The notes under the pieces: model-generated
Seen by the model: the letters and a program-made list of their open reading frames with translations, nothing else
What the model was told of the DNA's origin: nothing
The model's database searches: none
Shown here: piece by piece, positions 16,711 through 20,000 of the stretch
Numbering within the stretch: position 1 is the stretch's first letter
How the letters are laid out: every line of letters starts with the position of its first letter
IMG/VR virus record: IMGVR_UViG_3300009684_000030
Direction: 5' to 3' (one strand)
DNA length: 20,000 bases
Origin: an uncultured virus (IMG/VR IMGVR_UViG_3300009684_000030)
Lineage: Duplodnaviria > Heunggongvirae > Uroviricota > Caudoviricetes
Made by a program: the position numbers and the translations under genes

Positions 16711-16965
16711 TTATTTTGTTGCTTCTAAAATAGCAGCATCTAGGTTTACAAGGTATTCTTCATTAAAAACAAATTCACCTGGCTTAAGCGTGATATTCCA
16801 TAAATCTCCCTTGTTCCCGGTACCGCGTTGAAATTGCGCATTTACACGGCCATCTGAAAATTTATAAAAAGCTCTTCCAATTTTTCCAGTTAATTTACTA
16901 CCCTTTTTAGTTACAGTTACTGTTCCTAAATTTTGTGCTTCTGTTATTTCTTTTATTTCTTTCAT
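16711..16965 (-). CDS. Putative virion internal protein (start MKEIKEITEA)
   Basis: ORF track trimmed; I/L-x-E-A motifs; late operon. Confidence 0.65.
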   Translation of the reverse strand: MKEIKEITEAQNLGTVTVTKKGSKLTGKIGRAFYKFSDGRVNAQFQRGTGNKGDLWNITLKPGEFVFNEEYLVNLDAAILEATK

Positions 16966-17020
16966 ATTAGTTTCCTGAACGGCCTTGAATAGACGGCGGG
17001 GCCTGCTGTTAGAATTTATT

Positions 17021-17563
17021 TTATGCGATTTGTTTCTTAATTTTATCAAGTGTATCAATAACATCATCAAGTTTATCATAGAGTCTTTCAAAAGCTTTCT
17101 TATCTTCTGGAGTTCCTCCTAGTTCATCAATAATTCTCTTTACAAGCGTTGTTCTTGTTGAAAGAAGTTTTTGCGAATCGTTGAGACTTTTAATAATAGA
17201 ATCCAGAGTATTTTTCTCAGCATCTGAGACAAATGATTCTTCAAGATCATCTTCTTCTTTAAGTTTTACCAACTTTTCAAGAGCAAGATCACGGCTTCCC
17301 ATTTTGTATTGAGAGAATTTCATCTTGGTAAGAGGTGTATCCTTGGCCTTAAAGGTAATGGAATCTTTTCCAATGTCCTTAACAACACCAAAATTTGTTG
17401 TATTACCAACCTTTAGAGTAGCTACGATCTTTTCAATGGCAGATGTATCAGCAGCTTCTTCAATTTCAGTTGATTCGATAAGTTCTTCACTTGGTTGTTT
17501 CTTTGTAAGAATTGCAGCAGTAATATCATACAAACTATCTTGATTATAATGGAATGGTTTCAT
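17021..17563 (-). CDS. Putative internal head/core protein
   Basis: Late promoter; repeated LIES, IEEA, LKEE and LEES motifs. Confidence 0.7.
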   Translation of the reverse strand: MKPFHYNQDSLYDITAAILTKKQPSEELIESTEIEEAADTSAIEKIVATLKVGNTTNFGVVKDIGKDSITFKAKDTPLTKMKFSQYKMGSRDLALEKLVKLKEEDDLEESFVSDAEKNTLDSIIKSLNDSQKLLSTRTTLVKRIIDELGGTPEDKKAFERLYDKLDDVIDTLDKIKKQIA

Positions 17564-17573
17564 ACTTGTAAGC

Positions 17574-17581
17574 TATTTATA
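17574..17581 (-). promoter_or_regulatory. T4-late-like promoter TATAAATA
   Basis: Exact motif, 10 nt before the ATG at 17563. Confidence 0.7.
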
Positions 17582-18020
17582 TCTTTTTTCTGGTTTTTGG
17601 TTTTATCTTTATCACAACTGCTGCATGAATATCTTCTGTTAATTCAATATTCGATTCAAGTAGTTCATGGATATGATCTGTTATTTCCAAAAGAGCCTTT
17701 GTATCTTTATACATTTGAATAGATCTTTTATCAGAAGCCTTTGCTGAAACTTTCTGCCCGACCATAATTACTGATAATAAAACCAATTGCAAAAATGTTT
17801 GTGCAGTCCAAGAGATAATTGTTGCCTTTCCGCCCTGCATTGCAACAGGAAGACTGATAAGAGCAAGCCCGGCAAATGCGTAAGCACACCACATAGTAGA
17901 TACTGCATTTGTAATAATAACTGCTAGTTTACCATTAAAACCTCTATGCTCGGCACGGGTTACATGGGCATGGGATTCACGTTCTGCTATATGAGCATGA
18001 GGTATATGTTTTACTGCCAT
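17577..18020 (-). CDS. DUF1003-like membrane protein
   Basis: FN.KLAV.IT..V.TMWCAY.F..LAL and W..QTFLQLVLL..IMVGQ; start reassigned to ATG 18020. Confidence 0.75.
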   Translation of the reverse strand: MAVKHIPHAHIAERESHAHVTRAEHRGFNGKLAVIITNAVSTMWCAYAFAGLALISLPVAMQGGKATIISWTAQTFLQLVLLSVIMVGQKVSAKASDKRSIQMYKDTKALLEITDHIHELLESNIELTEDIHAAVVIKIKPKTRKKI

Positions 18021-18025
18021 ATTAC

Positions 18026-18033
18026 TATTTATA
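18026..18033 (-). promoter_or_regulatory. T4-late-like promoter TATAAATA
   Basis: Exact motif, 5 nt before the ATG at 18020. Confidence 0.7.
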
Positions 18034-18039
18034 AAAAGG

Positions 18040-18674
18040 GCGCACAATCTGGTGTTAAAACCTCTCCTAGCCACCTTCATTGCGCTCGATGAGTGACATG
18101 AACTAGGAAGCTACCTATATGATAGCGATGTGCATTGTGTATGTGGAAAAAGGAATTTGTTGCCCACTACCAGAAAAATCAGAGGCGAGATATACGGCAA
18201 TCACTTCCGCTTTACTCACTTGAGCTGGACTCTTCTATGGTGCATCGTCAATTGATTAGATTGACATTCTCCATAGAGTACTCTATACAGTTATATCGTA
18301 TAGAGGCAGGCAACAAAAATTGATGAGTGATAGTGTTATCAGTACGACAGCAGTTCGTTAATCTGCATTAATCTGAATTACTAATTCAGTCCTTTACTTT
18401 AAGGGTATGCCGTTTCGCTAGTTGTTCACTATCACTCAAAATTGATGAGAGAAGCTCGAAACTCTCTATAGTAATGATTTTTCCAGGAGGGTTCAATATG
18501 ACCTTGATACGCTTTTTGAAAATTTCTCCATGAGGTTATTGCCTATACAATTCATGCAGGAGTGGCACTAGCTATTTGACCCCAATGTAGCAGGGGCAAT
18601 GTTACGGTTATTAACCCGCACGGAATTTCAAGCCTGTATATCTTTCGATACCTAACTCACCGTGTTAACATTAC
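18040..18674 (-). ncRNA. Structured non-coding region (several stem-closed ncRNA candidates)
   Basis: No credible ORF in a gene-dense genome. Closing stems at 18156-64/18309-17, 18324-35/18427-38 and 18596-604/18666-74, with nested hairpins. Confidence 0.6.
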
Positions 18675-18679
18675 AAAAT

Positions 18680-18750
18680 TGGTGTTCGTTGAGGATTAGA
18701 ACCTCTCTTCTACCCTGTGAGGATAATGTGCTGCATTACACTAAACGAAC
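18680..18750 (-). tRNA. Atypical or degenerate tRNA-Val(CAC)
   Basis: GTTCGTT/AACGAAC-ACCA acceptor and CT-CAC-AG loop; D-loop lacks GG, T-stem is 4 bp, T-loop is TTCTAAT. Confidence 0.7.
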
Positions 18751-18760
18751 CATTGAAAAG

Positions 18761-18768
18761 TATTTATA
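18761..18768 (-). promoter_or_regulatory. T4-late-like promoter TATAAATA upstream of tRNA-Val and the ncRNA block
   Basis: Exact motif overlapping the HNH stop codon. Confidence 0.55.
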
Positions 18769-19117
18769 TATTGGCATCAACTGTAACCTTTAATTTATCA
18801 GCCCATATAGCAGAGTCAGTTACAGAGGTAGGATTGATATTACGGAAATTACCAAGATGACCTATTAGAAGATGACAGTTAAGGCCTTTCTTTCCTGATT
18901 CGCACAATGTGATCAGGTTAGTTGGATCCAACTCAAGTTCTGGGTGTAAATGAAAAGGTTGAATATGATGAACATTTAAGCTCTTTGTTCCTCCACATAT
19001 AACACAGCATGGCTGAACCTTAAGATGAGCATCTCTAACACCTTTCCATTTGCCAGAACGAGCTGGATCGAGAAGAGCAACTTTACCTTTTATTAGATCC
19101 TTTAGTTTGATTAACAT
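18764..19117 (-). CDS. HNH endonuclease
   Basis: RS..W..VR...L, C-x2-C-G, VHHI.P, NLITLC, CH...GH. Confidence 0.9.
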   Translation of the reverse strand: MLIKLKDLIKGKVALLDPARSGKWKGVRDAHLKVQPCCVICGGTKSLNVHHIQPFHLHPELELDPTNLITLCESGKKGLNCHLLIGHLGNFRNINPTSVTDSAIWADKLKVTVDANI

Positions 19118-19121
19118 TATC

Positions 19122-19129
19122 TATTTATA
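19122..19129 (-). promoter_or_regulatory. T4-late-like promoter TATAAATA
   Basis: Exact motif, 4 nt before the HNH ATG. Confidence 0.65.
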
Positions 19130-19137
19130 TTAAAGAG

Positions 19138-19486
19138 TGGAGCTGCGGGGTAATGCTCCCCGGTCCATAATACTATCAACATTGATTTCTACATACTTAG
19201 TAAGTACTCTAATTTTCAGAAATGTTAAGTTTACTTACGACGTTACATTTCCTAGAAACCTGTTTATCTCTCAAATTAAATCCGATTACCCGATTTGATT
19301 CTATCCTTCTTGGTTTACCTCGAATCTATTAGAAGGAGTTAAGATTCAGAAGTGCAGCCCTTAAGCTGCTAATGCTAATGTATTATTTGCATTTATTGTT
19401 TTGTGAACGGCTTTTATAGAGGCCAACCGAACAACCTCTGTATGCAATCAATGAATCTGATATTATGTCGAAACTAATTCAGCCCC
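19138..19486 (-). ncRNA. ssrA: tmRNA; tag ORF 19390-19361 encodes ANNTLALAA*
   Basis: 5' GGGGCTGAATTAGTTTCGAC and 3' GACCGGGGAGCATTACCCCGCAGCTCCA; G3.U70 pair; pk1-like AGAGG/CCTCT plus CGGTT/AGCCG; AATAAAT-GCA resume context. Confidence 0.95.
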
Positions 19487-19495
19487 ATGAAAAAA

Positions 19496-19584
19496 TGGCG
19501 GAAGCAAAGAGGTTCGAACTCTTGAGGGCTTTATAGGCCCCAGCTGTTTTCAAGACAGTGTCCTCGTCCATCCGGACTACTTCC
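19496..19584 (-). tRNA. tRNA-Ser(TGA)
   Basis: GGAAGTA/TGCTTCC-GCCA, CT-TGA-AA loop, long variable arm, GTTCGAAC. Confidence 0.93.
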
Positions 19585-19591
19585 GTAAAAT

Positions 19592-19669
19592 TGGTACCTC
19601 AGAGACGACTCGAACGTCCATTGATCCGTTACAGTACTACAAGTTAGAAGCTTGTTCTGATACTGAGGC
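19592..19669 (-). tRNA. Non-canonical D-armless tRNA-Arg(TCT)-like RNA
   Basis: GCCTCAG/CTGAGGT-ACCA; 7-nt linker in place of the D-arm; ACAAG-CTTCTAA-CTTGT; 19-nt variable region; GGACG-TTCGAGT-CGTCT. Confidence 0.8.
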
Positions 19670-19681
19670 ATATATTGAAAT

Positions 19682-19717
19682 TGGTACGCTTAGAGGGATT
19701 TGAACCCATCCTAAGGC
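19682..19717 (-). ncRNA. tRNA minihelix-like element or tRNA remnant
   Basis: GCCTTAGGATGGG-TTCAAAT-CCCTCTAAGCGT-ACCA. Confidence 0.55.
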
Positions 19718-19726
19718 AAATTAAAA

Positions 19727-19800
19727 GATGATATTGTGAGCGCAGATTTGAACTGCTCGTCCCGTGGGTATGCTACCTGATTACATCATATTCACTCATC
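19727..19800 (-). ncRNA. Anticodon-less tRNA-like element or pseudo-tRNA
   Basis: D-arm ATGT-AATCAGGTA-GCAT, stub CCCACGGG, T-arm GCAG-TTCAAAT-CTGC, closed by GTGA/TCAC and GATGA/TCATC. Confidence 0.55.
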
Positions 19801-19804
19801 ATCA

Positions 19805-19870
19805 GAGAGTCATTCAAACACTTGTACTTCATGTAAGGCAATGGTAATTAATCATTGCAAAGTGACTCTC
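19805..19870 (-). ncRNA. Small stem-closed structured RNA candidate
   Basis: 8-bp GAGAGTCA/TGACTCTC stem enclosing a GCAATG/CATTGC hairpin. Confidence 0.45.
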
Positions 19871-19882
19871 GTATAAAATTAA

Positions 19883-19962
19883 TTCTGTATGTATAACCGC
19901 ATTACCATTATGCTTCGGAGTGAGCACCGCCCGGAATCTGAACCGAGTTCTATCTCATTGAA
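19883..19962 (-). ncRNA. Circularly permuted tRNA-like module (T-arm, closed acceptor hairpin, D-arm)
   Basis: CTCGG-TTCAGATT-CCGGG, CGGTG-CTCA-CTCCG, AA, GCAT-AATGGTA-ATGC. Confidence 0.55.
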
Positions 19963-20000
19963 AAGGCCACTCCTACTCTTGGCACCGCCCCAAGCTCACA

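Noticed and set aside
1207..17722. Plus-strand shadow ORFs (1207, 1440, 1818, 2583, 3526, 3952, 4816, 5178, 9277, 9747, 10423, 12222, 13761, 14335, 15705, 17325, 17495) and nested same-strand ORFs (4688, 8463, 11506, 15147)
   Set aside because: They are antisense to or nested within better-supported genes and have no motifs or promoters
18040..18070. preQ1-like riboswitch upstream of the DUF1003-like gene
   Set aside because: Only a superficial AGAGGTT match with no convincing P1 or A-rich tail, and the gene has its own promoter downstream of it
18135..18323. 62-aa plus-strand ORF
   Set aside because: No motif or promoter, and it overlaps a structured region better explained as minus-strand RNA
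18040..18674. RNase P RNA, SRP RNA, or hammerhead, twister or pistol ribozymes
   Set aside because: Their diagnostic consensus motifs were not found by eye; a covariance-model search is needed to exclude them formally
18764..19117. Group I intron-encoded or IscB/Cas9-like nuclease
   Set aside because: Only 117 aa with no RuvC motifs, the flanking RNA genes are uninterrupted, and no intron core motifs are recognised
19592..19669. Amber suppressor tRNA (CTA) and genetic-code reassignment
   Set aside because: The 7-nt loop CTTCTAA centres on TCT, and the long genes read intact in code 11

Overview
An AT-rich fragment of a large, probably T4-like (Caudoviricetes) phage genome using standard code 11. 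Most genes are short minus-strand ORFs. Recognisable products are a dCMP deaminase, a DRB0094/Rnl2-type RNA ligase, a DinG/Rad3-like Fe-S helicase, PhoH, a ferritin-like DUF5856 protein, ThyX, two metallophosphoesterases, a fucosyltransferase-like protein, an FN3 protein, a holin plus overlapping spanin-like trio, and an HNH endonuclease. Two promoter classes are visible: sigma70-like TKTACA-N17-TAYAAT and T4-late-like TATAAATA. Four of the sigma70-like promoters sit in a repeated intergenic module of about 160-250 bp. The right end (about 18040-20000, minus strand) is an RNA-gene cluster. It holds a tmRNA (tag ANNTLALAA), a canonical tRNA-Ser(UGA) and a degenerate tRNA-Val(CAC). It also holds several rearranged tRNA-like RNAs: a D-armless tRNA-Arg(UCU) with a D-loop-like motif moved to the variable region, a minihelix-like RNA, an anticodon-less tRNA-like RNA and a circularly permuted module. 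About 640 nt of further structured, stem-closed ncRNA candidates lie alongside. This cluster is the best candidate for an undescribed system. All calls come from reading the sequence by eye; no database searches or folding programs were run.
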